From: Pelomyxa schiedti
Lineage: Eukaryota; Protista; Evosea
DNA: 64,000 bases
Direction: 5' to 3'
Assembly: GCA_020536535.1 (NCBI GenBank)
Contig: JAHLWZ010000601.1
Span: 12,890-76,889 of the forward strand
How positions within the stretch are numbered: position 1 is the stretch's first letter; each line of letters opens with the position of its first letter. The notes below the pieces were generated by a model, which had not been told where the DNA came from, did no database searches, and saw only the letters and a list, made by a program, of their open reading frames with translations. The position numbers were made by a program, and so were the translations under genes. Below, piece after piece: positions 26,301 through 38,500 of the stretch.

Positions 26301-26878
26301 TTGGCTCCCTTCCTCTCATGATTCAGGTGCTTGCCAACTATCTATTACATTTCCTGACTGTTAAATTATCATACCGCAATCCTTTTCTGCTCCCCTGTCG
26401 CTCCTATTGCATTCTGGACCAGGTATGTGGTGCCGTTTTGGATCTTGAACTCACCCTCTTCACAGCCAATCACCTCTGTGACCTCTTGATTGCAGTGTCC
26501 AATGGATTTCATAGATACAGTTCCTACCATGATTCATCCATGATGATGGACAGCCCAGTACCAAAAGCTATCCATCATGACTTGGAATTTGATAAACTCA
26601 GGGATAGGAAGCAGCTTGTTGGTGGCATTTGGTGTTGGAGCAAAACTCACTGGAGATTGGAAAGAATTATTCAGATTCCAACACCAGAGTATTTTGACCC
26701 CTTATCTCACCCACATATTTGGCACTTTTAGACTTGTGTTGTTACAGGTATTGGACGAATTTTTCAAAACACTAATCATCATTGCCCTAATGACATTCTT
26801 GGCAACAAACCATAAATTGGTCACTTTTTGAGGTTTTTTGGTGTTTTGTTTGCAAATTCAAATTGAATTCTTAGTGAT

Positions 26879-29800
26879 CTATGGTGCTTTGTTTTGGAAG
26901 TAACCTTTTTCTTTCATTTCCCATGGGACTTCGTCAAAGGCCATTTTGCAGCAGCCCTCATTGGTTGGTGATCTGTTACATTGTGTGCACACCCAGTGTG
27001 AGCACCTTGTGCCCTCCCACTCTGACTCTGGGGTGTTGCAGTACAGGCAGGTAGACACACATTCGTTATTCTGCTGCAGCCTGTTGAGTTCTGTGCCACA
27101 CCGTGTGCACATCCCAGTTGGTGCCTTTGTGCATGCACACTGTGTGCAGGTGCCATGTGGATCTTGCATGCACCCACACAGAGTACAGCACCCAGTTGGC
27201 TTTTCAGCACCTGGTGGATCCAGGGCCTGCTGGCAGTACCGACACTTGGGCTTTGGGCAAACTTCGGAGTTCTCATCACCCCCACAGCAGGTGTAGATCA
27301 GCTTCTTCTTGGATCCAAAAAATTGCAAAAGCAAGCTGAGGGCTGATTTAACTGGCACTAGTGACCCAGAGTGTGTGTTGGAAACGACGTGACAGCTGGG
27401 AACCACAGTGTGATGGAGGCGGAGGGGTTGGTGCCGGTATGCTATAAAGGGGCGGGGATGTGTCAAAACAGTTCGCTTTGGGCAGGTGTTCACCTGGTGG
27501 TTGACCAGCATGCAAGCCGGGACATACATCAAGCACATTTCGCATTTCACTTTTTGGGCCCCCAGACCAGTGCATATCTGAGCATGGGAATATTGTGATT
27601 TTTTAGGGAAGTCCAGCCCACATTTTTCACATGATACCCTGTTTTTCTCACACTCATGCTCTGTGTGGTGTGTCAGGTTCTTCATTGGGAATTTGGCTGT
27701 GCATCCCTCAAAGGGACATGGCACCGATAGTGACCTGCAGATGTGATCCCCCACGTCTGGAATAAGATGCTCTACAAGGCCGCACATTGGCACCTGCCTC
27801 TGACAGCACTCTCTGGGAGTTGCCTTGGATGCAGAACTTTCAATTTCAGTTCTGGAACCAGTTCGAGCATGTTCCTCTGTGGCACCAAATGGGCACCTCC
27901 TCAAGTTGCACCGCTTGCAGTTTGTTTGGTGTAGCCCTTCGAGGATTTCAGTGCTTGGGCACTGCTGGCGACAGAAACCACATCGAGTGTTGACGCCGCT
28001 TCTTTTGCAGCTCTGTAGAATGTGTGCAGGGTAGTCTTTCACTTCTATATGACTCGCACAGCAGGGACAGCTGACACTGCTGGCTGCACAGTCCCGAGCA
28101 AGGTGCAAATCCAAGTCTCGGTAGGGTATGTATTTTTTGCAGTTTGGGCAGTTGACAGAGAACTGGCTGCTGGTGCACAAGTAGAGCCAGTGGTAAATAA
28201 TCTGAAAACAGGCCACCTTCTCACCACAGTAGTTACACAAAGTTTTCTGGATGCTTGCGGGGCAAGACTGGATATGGTGAGGCAGGTCAGTGACATAGTG
28301 GCAACAAAAAAAGCACAGTTCTCCTCTTTTTTCACAGAATATTGCATGTCTTGTTTCATCACGCTTGCGGAGACCAATGTGCTTTTTCTGCCTGTGTAGT
28401 GTGGTGCACAAGGAAGTATACAGTGCTTCTTCAGCCTCCATATCTGAGCAGCCACTATTTTCCTGCACCTGTGTAAAATGGTTCTTGACAAGATGATAGA
28501 CACCTACTTCTTGCATCTCGATATCTAGTTTCTCAGCGGGGTATAGCACAAGTGCCAGTTCCTGCTGGAAGCGGAACTGCCATGCTGGCAGCTCGCAACA
28601 TCCTGGATCGTAGATGCAGCCGCCCTCTGCCAAGTAGCACTGCTCTGTTAGATGCTTAAACATATGGCAGACAGGCCCATCCCAGCCACAGTCCAGTGGG
28701 CACGTCTGCAGGTTGCTGGGACAGAAGAAGTTCAGGTGCTCAATCAAATCGTAATGAGCAATCGTTTCATGGCATCGGGGGCATGGCAGCAGGTTTGCAC
28801 CTTCTTCTTGTTGAATCGCATCCTCAGATAAAAACCTCACCTTTGCAAGTCTGTGCAAGCTTGTCCTATCCCTACCCACAAGATGCTTTTTCTCCAACGG
28901 GATGAGATGGTGAAGATTGTTCCCGTACGTTGTTGAGGCAAGGAAACAATCTGGAGGGAGGTTTTGGATGCATTGCGCTGATTTATGCAGCTGCCAATGT
29001 ACCTTCTCCTCCTTTTTCAGGACTGGGCAATGGCACACAAGGCAGGAAACGAAAAAGTAGTCACACTCCAATTTCAAGTGCTCTTCCAGTTCATCGAAGG
29101 TCATGGGCTCAGCGTGGCAATCTGGAAAGATGCAGGCCAGTTTGATACATTTACAGCATCGCAGGTGGCTTGGAAGGCAGTGCATGGCAACTTTAGAAGA
29201 ACAGAAGAAGCATGGTACTTTGAATTCCTCGCATTCAAACTGAAGATGGTGAACCTGGTTGCAGCCTAAGAGGGGGCTTTGGCAGAACCCACAGAACCGA
29301 GGTGCTTTAGTGCACCAGAGCAGGTGCTCACGGATGCTTGGAGCACTTCCATTAGCAGGAGAATCAAAAAAAAAAGAGGGTTGCATGCAATATGGGCATG
29401 GAAGCGGCATAGAGCAAGTCTTGTCTAACCGCAAAGCCCGACGCAGAATATGCTTGCGAAGCTTCTTCAGTGTGAACTTGCCGGGACACGTAGGGCATGG
29501 AACCTGGAACCTCTTGCAGCCCTTCAGGTGTGCCGCAAGACTGCGCATTATAAATGGATCCCCACAAAATGAACAGCGCAACTCAAGCATTCTATATTTT
29601 GGGCAGGCATCCTCCCTGAGGTGACGACGAAGTTCGAGGTATGAGTTACTTGGTGTATAGCAAAAAGGGCATGATGTGTACTTATACACAGAGTTGTAAT
29701 CCTCATTTGAAACCTTGTACCCACAATTCTTCACCCTGCACAACCTCAGTCGGCGCTGGCATGAAAACTTGTGTTCAGCTATTTGGTTCAAGGGGAAGAG

Positions 29801-32800
29801 CTCCATGCAGTAGCGGCATATGACGTGGCGCCCTGGGCAGCTGGTTGAGTGCTCTTTCTTCCTCTCCCATGCGGGTTTACCAGGTGCCAGAGGGCAACCG
29901 CAAACTGCACATGCTATAGGGGCAGCGGTGCACTCGTCCCTCCAGTGCATTTCCTCTGAACCACGTGGCACACAGATCTTGCAGTGCTGGCATTCCACTG
30001 TTTTCTGGCAGGAATGTACCTTGCACACTTTGAATTCCTTTCTGCAGTTCATGCAGAACATTACATGCGTGCTATCTCTGAAGCACTTGCATCTACCACA
30101 AACATCCCCTGGGGCCCTGTTTGGGCAACTACCTGTGAGGTGATGATACTGCTCCTTTCTTACCATTTTTGAATTGCACTTTGGGCATTCCCACTGACCT
30201 TGACAGAGGTTGTTATGGTGCTCTCTTTTTCGGCCAGGTTCAACTTCCATTGTGCAGTATTCACATATTTCGGACCTGGATTCTTGCCTTTTGGAGCACT
30301 CGACCGCCATGTGTCTCTCTTGATCAACAGCCATGACTTCGACTCCGCACAGGGGACATTTGCTTTTCACATTTGCGGCGCAGATGTCCACATGCCGGTT
30401 TAAGGATGCTTCTGAAACTCTCTTCTTGCACAGTTGGCACTCAAATACCTGCTGTTTTATGACAGGAACGTCGCAGAGCAAAGGGTCATTCAGGTCCCTA
30501 GTTGTCAGCTGAAGAGCAAGTGGATCCTCCGGGGAAACTGTGCCATCCCGATCATACTTTGCACAAACATCAGCAATCAGGGAATGTAGCTTCTTTCCTG
30601 AGACCTTCATTTCTGCATAATGTTCAAGAGGGATCGAGGAAGCGCGTTCTGTTTTGTAAGATGAGTCTGGATCCAAAGAGGGTGGCTTGTGCTCTTCTGG
30701 GGTCTTGGATTTGTTGCTTTTCCACTTTAGTAAAAACTGAAGGAGCTGTGTAAATGAGTAAATGCATCTGTAATTAAAGATGACAGACCAACCTTTTTGG
30801 CTATGTCGGACAGTAGGGTTTTGAGGTTCACACCCATTGTGCCTTTTATCGCTTGCCCAGACATGATTATGTCATATGTCACTATCACTTTTGCGGAGCT
30901 TTTTTCAGAGGAAACTGGCCCACCAATACTTAAGTTCTTCACCAGCAACTTTCCCTCACACATGTTCATCAAAGTTTCCTTGAGAGTGTTAATATGTCCG
31001 CTCTCAACTGCCTCGGCAACGTCCGCAGCCATTTGAACCATATCTACTAAGAGCCCTTGAACAAACTCTGGCAGGAACCTAGAAACAATCCGTTGGGCGC
31101 GCCTAAGTCCCCGAAGGCACAATTGGGTGATGCCCCTGATGCAGTCGTGCAGCCCATCCAAGATTGCCGAGACTACACTGCTGCACTCGATGTTTCTGCA
31201 GTTAAGTCTCGCTTGAATGCTTGGCAGTCCTTTTGTCCAAGTGACTTGTAACACACCTCCCATTTCGACTCCACAATTTGGTTGTGCTTCCGAGTTTGCC
31301 AGAACCACTGTGTTTTCCTCACAGTTAGGGGTTCTCAATAAAGATATTCTGATTTCAACACTCAAGAACAAAGAGCTGGGCGCACAGGAGAACCGAATCT
31401 CAGAACTCAAGGAAAGGTCAAGAATACTCGGAAGAATCGTAATCTGGGTCGTAAAGCTGAACCCAGCAGTTCTCCTGGCTGTGTCTACACTCAGCGTCAC
31501 CTCACATTGGCCAAGGATAAAGAGTATTGTGGAACGCACTGTACACGTCCAATTTCGGATGGCAATTGATAGTTCCAGTGCAGCAGATGGTGGTCCTCCA
31601 CTCACGTTTATATTAGTAAGTAGCCCAAGCAACACTTTTGCCTCAAGACCAAGCCATGATAGATGTGCCGTAAATCCTATAAAATTCTCAGTTGCCTCCA
31701 ATAGCGGCGTTGTCCTTTGCGTTTTATTTTGAATCAACCTCAAAAGAGAGTTGTCGGCCCTGTCTTTTGGTTGAGGGAGACTGGTGAGTTCTTCATTGTC
31801 AAGCTTGAGCAGGAGGCCCAACTCTTTTATGTTTGGAAGGGCACGGTCAAGAGCTTCTACATCTGCATAAGAACAGCGACGGAATATCCTGATCACTGCC
31901 CCAATCGTAAGATTGTCACAGAAGAGGTAAACGGTGGTTGGTGATACCAGCCCTGCAGAAAATGTCACCCTAAATGCAGCTGCAAACGCTGGTGCAGGCC
32001 CATCCGTCCAAGTGGTACGCACGCCACCAGAGAAGAAGATAGAAACACAAGAAGGTGCAAGAGTGAGTTCCCCACGAAGTCCATATATGGCAAGGTGACT
32101 CAACGAGTGATGGAACGTTGATAGAGGAATTTCAGACTCCAACGATAGAGAGGCCACCAGAGAGGGAGGGACTACAGTTCCTTTAAGCACTGCGGTCATC
32201 TGTAGGCCATTTGAAAATTTAAGATTCGTCTGAATCTCGACCTTTGGTTTGGGATATGCCATAAGCTTCAACCTACAACCTCCACTTTCAAGTCCTGCTG
32301 CAGGCAGCGAGAAGTTGCCCAAGTCGATATCCACATGAAAGCCGGAATCACTGAAAATTAGACAAGCTTCGAAGCGGTGGCCTTTAAGGTTGAGAATGTC
32401 AAAAAAGCTATCAGTAAGAATGCAGCATAGTGAAATGCAAAGGTATAGACTCTCCTTCCTACGAAGCAAACGTTGGGCGGAGGTGCAAGCCCCCAAGAAG
32501 GACTTGTTCTCAACATGTTCCATTATGGATTCGGCAATCCTGGGCTCCACATCATCGGGATGCCGGGAGGATTTATATGTGAACTCAAACTGGTGGAGCT
32601 CCACATCCACAGGAAGGGAGACATCATAATCAAATAGTGCTTTAAGGATTGACGATAAGGCAAATCTCGAAAACTCCACAGAGATACACGTGTGACCATC
32701 ACAGTGAAGGAGACATGCTTTTAGTCCTAAAGGTTCAAGAGCAGCTTCTATGGAAACATCCATAAAAAACCCCACAAAGCATGACGGTCCATGGGGATTT

Positions 32801-34155
32801 GCGTCTGCCTGCCGTGAGTGACTATCTGCCAGCTGTAGCAGCAAACTGTAGTTATTTACAGTGATTTTCTTCAGTGCTCGTTGCACCTTTTGTCTCAAAC
32901 TGCCTCCACTATCCCCTTGCTCCTCAAATCCAATACCACGCAAAATTTGGAGAAGATGGAGCCTCTTAGGGTCGCCTGATACCGGTTGGACTGGCCGCTG
33001 CAAAGCCAAAAAGAACTGTGTGCCTTGCTTTTGGTCGCCAAGAGAAAAACTGGAGCTGATGCAAAGTGGTAGACCAAAGAGGATTACCTCATTCGTTTCC
33101 ACAGTACACGACTTGAGTCTCACGCCATTGCCCACTTCAAGGTCAACCTCAAGGCGGAATGTTGTGCTTTCTCCCATCTTTAATATCGCATTGTCAGTTA
33201 TCTTCTGCAGAACTTTGGCAACTTTCTTCATGCCAAGGGTATCCTTAACCATTGCAATAATTCCACTCTTGCTAGCCTCAATATTGGCTTGGAAGCAGAA
33301 TACAGAGGGCTGTACCAACTTGGAGTCATCCACCCCTCCTGCGCCTTTGAGCGATCCTATTGCCTTGCTCGTTTGCGGTTGCATAAGAGAAACTGCTGCT
33401 CTATCTCCTTCAAGAGTTTCCAAACTTGAACCTGGTATCTTTGCCGTTGGGTTCGAGCTCTGTACTCGGTCCGTCTCCGCGACCACTTTCTGATGAGTCA
33501 TTGCAAGCTTCAGACCCACAGCAGCACACTCAATCTCAAGTTGCTTCACAACAACATTCCACTCGGATCCAAAGGTGACATCCACCTCAAGGGAGACTTG
33601 AATCTGGGGAACTATCTTTTGCAACATAGAATTCACACTTGTCATGGTTTCTGCTGTAAGAACTTTGCTCAGGCATTGAAATAACTTCGTCAAAGAGGCA
33701 CCCTTGCAGAGCATTTTGCAGCCTCGGTTGGAAATCACCAAACTGGCGGTGGCCCCTTTAGCGTGGCTCTCAGCAACCTCATTGGGTATGAAAAACTCCT
33801 GCAGAGATACGTTTACCATCCAGTCATTTTCTGTGGTGTTGTCAAGGGTGCAACTAACATTGAGGCCGTCAAGCCCAAGGCAATCCAATCTCAGGGTACA
33901 CTGAAGGTTAACCCTCCCAGTGGAATGCCGAAAATTCTGTGGAATAGGAACGTTCAAGGAAGGAGCCACGCTTGCATCCATTGCCCCCCAGGCGCGCGTT
34001 GCGTTCCACCCTCTGTACCGCTCATCGCCGTCTTCGTCGTCATCGTCGTACTCGTAGTCCCATTTTTCCTCCGTGACATGGTTGCTGCAACTGATAGATG
34101 GGACTGTGTCGGCAGAGGCGGAGAAGGTACCAAAAACTGACGCCTCATCCGCCAT
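26879..34155 (-). CDS. ~2400-aa protein: uncharacterised beta-rich N-terminal region plus a long array of TRAF-type zinc fingers and a Cys-rich tail
   Basis: A phase-0 GT-AG intron at 30746-30792 (AKK|LLQFLLKWK...PSLDPDSS) joins ORF 30727-34155 in frame to ORF 26879-30676. The latter has about two dozen C-x2-C...H-x3/4-C repeats. Confidence 0.8.
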
Positions 34156-34324
34156 TTCTCTTTCCCTTCGCTACGAGACAGTTTCTCGTTTTAAAAAACG
34201 AACGAAACGTAATGGAGATAAAAAGCTTACTGTTATTGACGGCTACTACTTTGGGTCGAGCGACGCTAAGAATAACAGTTCTAAATAATGCCAAGTTGGG
34301 GAAAGCTAAACGGCGCTGACAGCT

Positions 34325-34390
34325 AAGGTGCGGACGAATATTCGATGTTCGAATACATTCGATTTTTTTTGACTATTCGACGAATAACCT
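34325..34390 (+). mobile_element. Possible hAT-like transposon end with clustered (A)TTCGA subterminal repeats
   Basis: TAAGGTGCGGACGAATATTCGATGTTCGAATACATTCGAT...TATTCGACGAATA; no partner end seen and a gap follows. Confidence 0.3.
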
Positions 34391-34822
34391 ATTATGAGTG
34401 TGATGTCTAGTGGGAGGACACCCGTTTTTTGTGACAACCGCGTCGGCTGTTCCCTACCATTGTGCATCTCAACTTGGCACCCAGGCCAACCCCACCAATA
34501 ACCCCCAGAAAAAGGGCTCGCAACAACAAAGGGTCCCAAGTTTCATCTCAATCACAAAGTACCAAACGCCGTCGTGGAGGTTCGCCTTTGGCTTCTACAC
34601 CCAGACCTTGTCTCCCATCCGTACAAACTTTAACACCTCCTCCTCCACTTTTTGCTACGTTGAGGCCACCCTCAGCATTACACCTGCCATTGCGGTCACC
34701 TATTTCACTTAGAGAGGGTGGANNNNNNNNNNNNNNNNNNNNNNNNNNNNNNNNNNNNNNNNNNNNNNNNNNNNNNNNNNNNNNNNNNNNNNNNNNNNNN
34801 NNNNNNNNNNNNNNNNNNNNNN

Positions 34823-35118
34823 GCTCACAGCTGATTTACGAGCACCTTGTCAAAATGCAGCTGCTCCAGAGGGGGTTTTTCACCAACATTCTCGTGGCAA
34901 AGTTGAAGAAAAACCAGATCCTGCTGACTGGTGATTTGGAGCCGCACAACACACACTGCGCAGGGATACTCGTCAAAATTGCTGAAGGGTCACTGGTGGA
35001 ACATATTGACATGGTAGTATTACCAGACGTGACCAACACACTCAAGAAGCTTGTTGAAATTCGTGGGAGGCTGAAAGAGTTCGAGAACTCGAACCTCAAG
35101 GAGCTTCTTCAGCTATAG
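34823..35118 (+). CDS. Alternative C-terminus (second copy or allele) of the DUF3638 protein
   Basis: The first ~120 nt are identical to 19725 onward, then diverge (ends RLKEFENSNLKELLQL* versus RLAEFEGSDLQHLL*). Confidence 0.8.
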
Positions 35119-35529
35119 AAACTTTGTAAACAATCTAAATCTAAAATTTTTTTCTTACTGGTAGCTCTTTGAGTGTGGGTGGCACAATCTTGCCAGACTA
35201 ACGTGCCACTCCAAAAAAAAATGTAGATAACAATCAACTGCCCTTGGGAGCTACTGCAAGGATAACTGAACATAGACACTATCACACACAACTCAAATGG
35301 GAACGAGAGTGTTATCAGCCGTTTAAACAGTGTCATTGGTGCGGGGGTCCGTTGAGTGAGGAACCCAAAATAATCAGCAAATTCCTGGAGAATCCTTGTA
35401 GTCAGGTTGTCTTCTCGTTTTGGTAAGTGGTCCAGGTTTTGCCCCGTGCAGACCTGTCTCCGGTACTGGGAAGGAAGGGAGAAGAGAATCCAAAAAAAAA
35501 AAATAAAAACAAAACCACAACCACAAAAA

Positions 35530-38500
35530 ATGAATCCTGATCAGCAGGCGTTCGTCGAACGCCTCTGTACCCCCGAGCGCTTGAGTACCTTGGTACTGCC
35601 GACCCCCCCCGGCGTGAACTTCATCTGCGAACAAGAGAGTAAAATGGTATGGCAACGACAAAACAATGGTCGGTTGACATAGCGCAGACTCCATTGCATT
35701 GTGCCACAATTCTTGGTTACACAAGCACAGTCAAGTGGCTGCTAGAGAACAAAGCCGATGTGAATCTGACAGTAATGCTTTCTGTTGTCTTTTACCTTCT
35801 TACACCTGAACCCCCTCCAAACTCCACAATGAATGTAGATGGTACTCGCAGAATTCAACTTACATCACCAGTCCCTACTAACACTAACCGCAGACTGTAT
35901 GAAACATCTTTTTATTGTTGGCTAAACTTATATTACTTTTTTGTTCCAAAACTTGTCCCTTCGTAGAAAAATCTGGTAAGAAAGAAACTTCCCACAGCGA
36001 ACCTCATTATACAATAGAATAATAAGGTACAAGTCATAGACTACTTTACAACAACTTGACAAGGCAAAACTCTTAAAACACAAAAAGTGGGTATGATATG
36101 TGCCACAGCCACCTCCCCCCCTCTTTTTGAAGGAAACAAACCACACAATACATGATGGTGACTGATAATTACTATTTTATTGAAATCCTCATGGGTGGCA
36201 GATGGTATGTAACCTCAAAAACATAGTCATAACCTTTTTTTAATACATAAATCAGAAAGTGTGTCGTTCCTCTACAACCAACTCCATTGCTGACTCCCTT
36301 TTTTTGCTTTGTTGCATTGGATGACATAATAGCTTGTATATCACCCAATAGAACTTTTTATATATAGCTTTATTGCCCAAAAACACATCTTTTCTATCTT
36401 AACAAATATGTATACAGATGGTACACACACCAGCATCACCATGAATTTGTTAAACCTCTTTTCCCTCCCATCAAACCCAAATATTTTTTCACAGAATGTA
36501 TGCTGCACTTTCTGTTTTTCCAACCTAACACCCACAAATATGTGACCAAAAAACCAATAGGAAGTATGTGAAATGAAACTTGCATATTTTTAGCTGCTAT
36601 ACTCACCTTATTCTTTCCCATTGGTTGCATGGTCACATTTTAGCTTGTATGGAATCAATACTAATTGGCTTCAACTTATCCTCATACATCACAATACACT
36701 TTTCTAACAGAATGTGTGTACTCTGCTTTAACCCACTGTAAAACTCTTGTTTTTCCCTTACCCATCACAAAATAGATCGTATGTGATCACATAAACTGAC
36801 TCAGACTAATACCGTTTTCATGGATACTTTTCCCACTGGAATATGGTACCATAGGATGTATGTGCAAGGCAAATAGAAGTAATAATTATATTTATGTTCT
36901 CTCCAGGATGTATGTTGTCAGCTGACCAGATTTTTAATTTTTCATATTCCTTCTCTCACCATATCCTTTACTGGGTGGCACATGCACACAGAAGGTATGG
37001 AACCAGTTTTATTTTTGGAGCCTTTCATTTAAACATTTTCTCTGTGTTTTTTCTTCTTGCTATGATACACAAGACAGTATGTGGCCATCTCTCAATTTCT
37101 TTTTTCTCATTGTATGCAAATGAACCATTTGATGTCCTCACACTAGCTTGTATGTTTAGTTGATACAAACTACTTGCTCACTTTAAACTACAAACTCAAT
37201 TAAATACCTTCTTTACATGTAGGATGTATGTACCAAGATGTGCAATCACTATTTTCTTTTCCTCTTTCTTCCTCCATCAAACAAAAATGTAATATAACTC
37301 TGTGTTTACCTCTTCTTCCCACTGAACACAATAGCTTGTATGTGATCTGCCTCCCCATCATTTTTCATTTTTGATCACACATTTTTCACTTGACACATGG
37401 CTCCATAATCAAAGATCGTATGCCATTTCAATCAACTGTTTATTTTCATTTTTCTTCTTTCAGGATGGCTGTTCGATTGTATGTTGTATTCAAAGTTTTA
37501 TTTTTTACTTGACTATTCACTTCTTTATGGAACAAATCAGGAACTTGTAAGTTGTGCTGTAGTGTTTTTTTCTCCCTCATTCCCAAATAATAAAAAAAGA
37601 CCACACTGAACATTGCATGCATTTTGAGGCACAAAGGAATTATGGAACTCCTACTCAGCCAATGTTCTGTACAAATTGATGTGTGTCACTACATTAGTTT
37701 CTTCTTTGGGTTTCATATTAAAACAGGATGATACCCTTGCTCTTTGCCAGGACGATTCCATAAAACAGCTGTTGAAGCGCAAACAGGTTGATATTAGCAG
37801 AAGTCTTGATCAGTGTAGTTCTGATGACTTTTTGTGCAGGTCTCAGACGGGTCTCGAACACAAACACAGCCGCAAGCAGTGGCGCAAAGTCCAACGGCTA
37901 TAACAGTAAGTCTGGCTATTGGCCTCAGTTCTGAACTTTACCCAGGTAGCTCCAGCAGTTGGCAAGATGGCAATAGCACCAGAATTGCAGGGTCTAACAG
38001 GACAAGTTACAGCCAGCAAGGAAATCGGAAGTACGGATGTATCAAAGGTTCGCATCAACAGAACCAATATGGACCAGCTGCAGGAATGGCTGGGGCTTGA
38101 CTGTATTGGCACAGAGACATCTCTCAACTCAAGATTTATCTCCACAGAGATTTTTGGTGCATAGCAACAGTATATCTGTTTCCAGCCCAATAATAATTGG
38201 CAGGAATAAGTACCCTCAGTGTATCAGGGTACCGTTGTGGTGCATTGATCATTGGTGATGCTGAACCTCAGGAGCACAATAAGATAGCAACCTTTGCTAA
38301 TGTGAAATTTGCCCCCTTTTTCGACTCTGCTCATCTCATTTAGTTTCTTCATGCTGTCTGTTCCTTTGATGTCACGTGGAACACAAACCCAAACACATTT
38401 ACAGAGAAATTAGGGATCTTTTCCAGTCCAATTTCCTCCCAAGCGCCGTCTTCTTCTAGATCAGTGGCTCCACAAGGGAGCAAAGTACAGTTTTGTACAA

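Noticed and set aside
35772-37599. CRISPR-like or tandem-repeat array, or decayed pseudogene
   Set aside because: The only recurring elements are splice signals (AG|NNN|GTATG); spacers are unrelated intron-like sequence and the frame is preserved.
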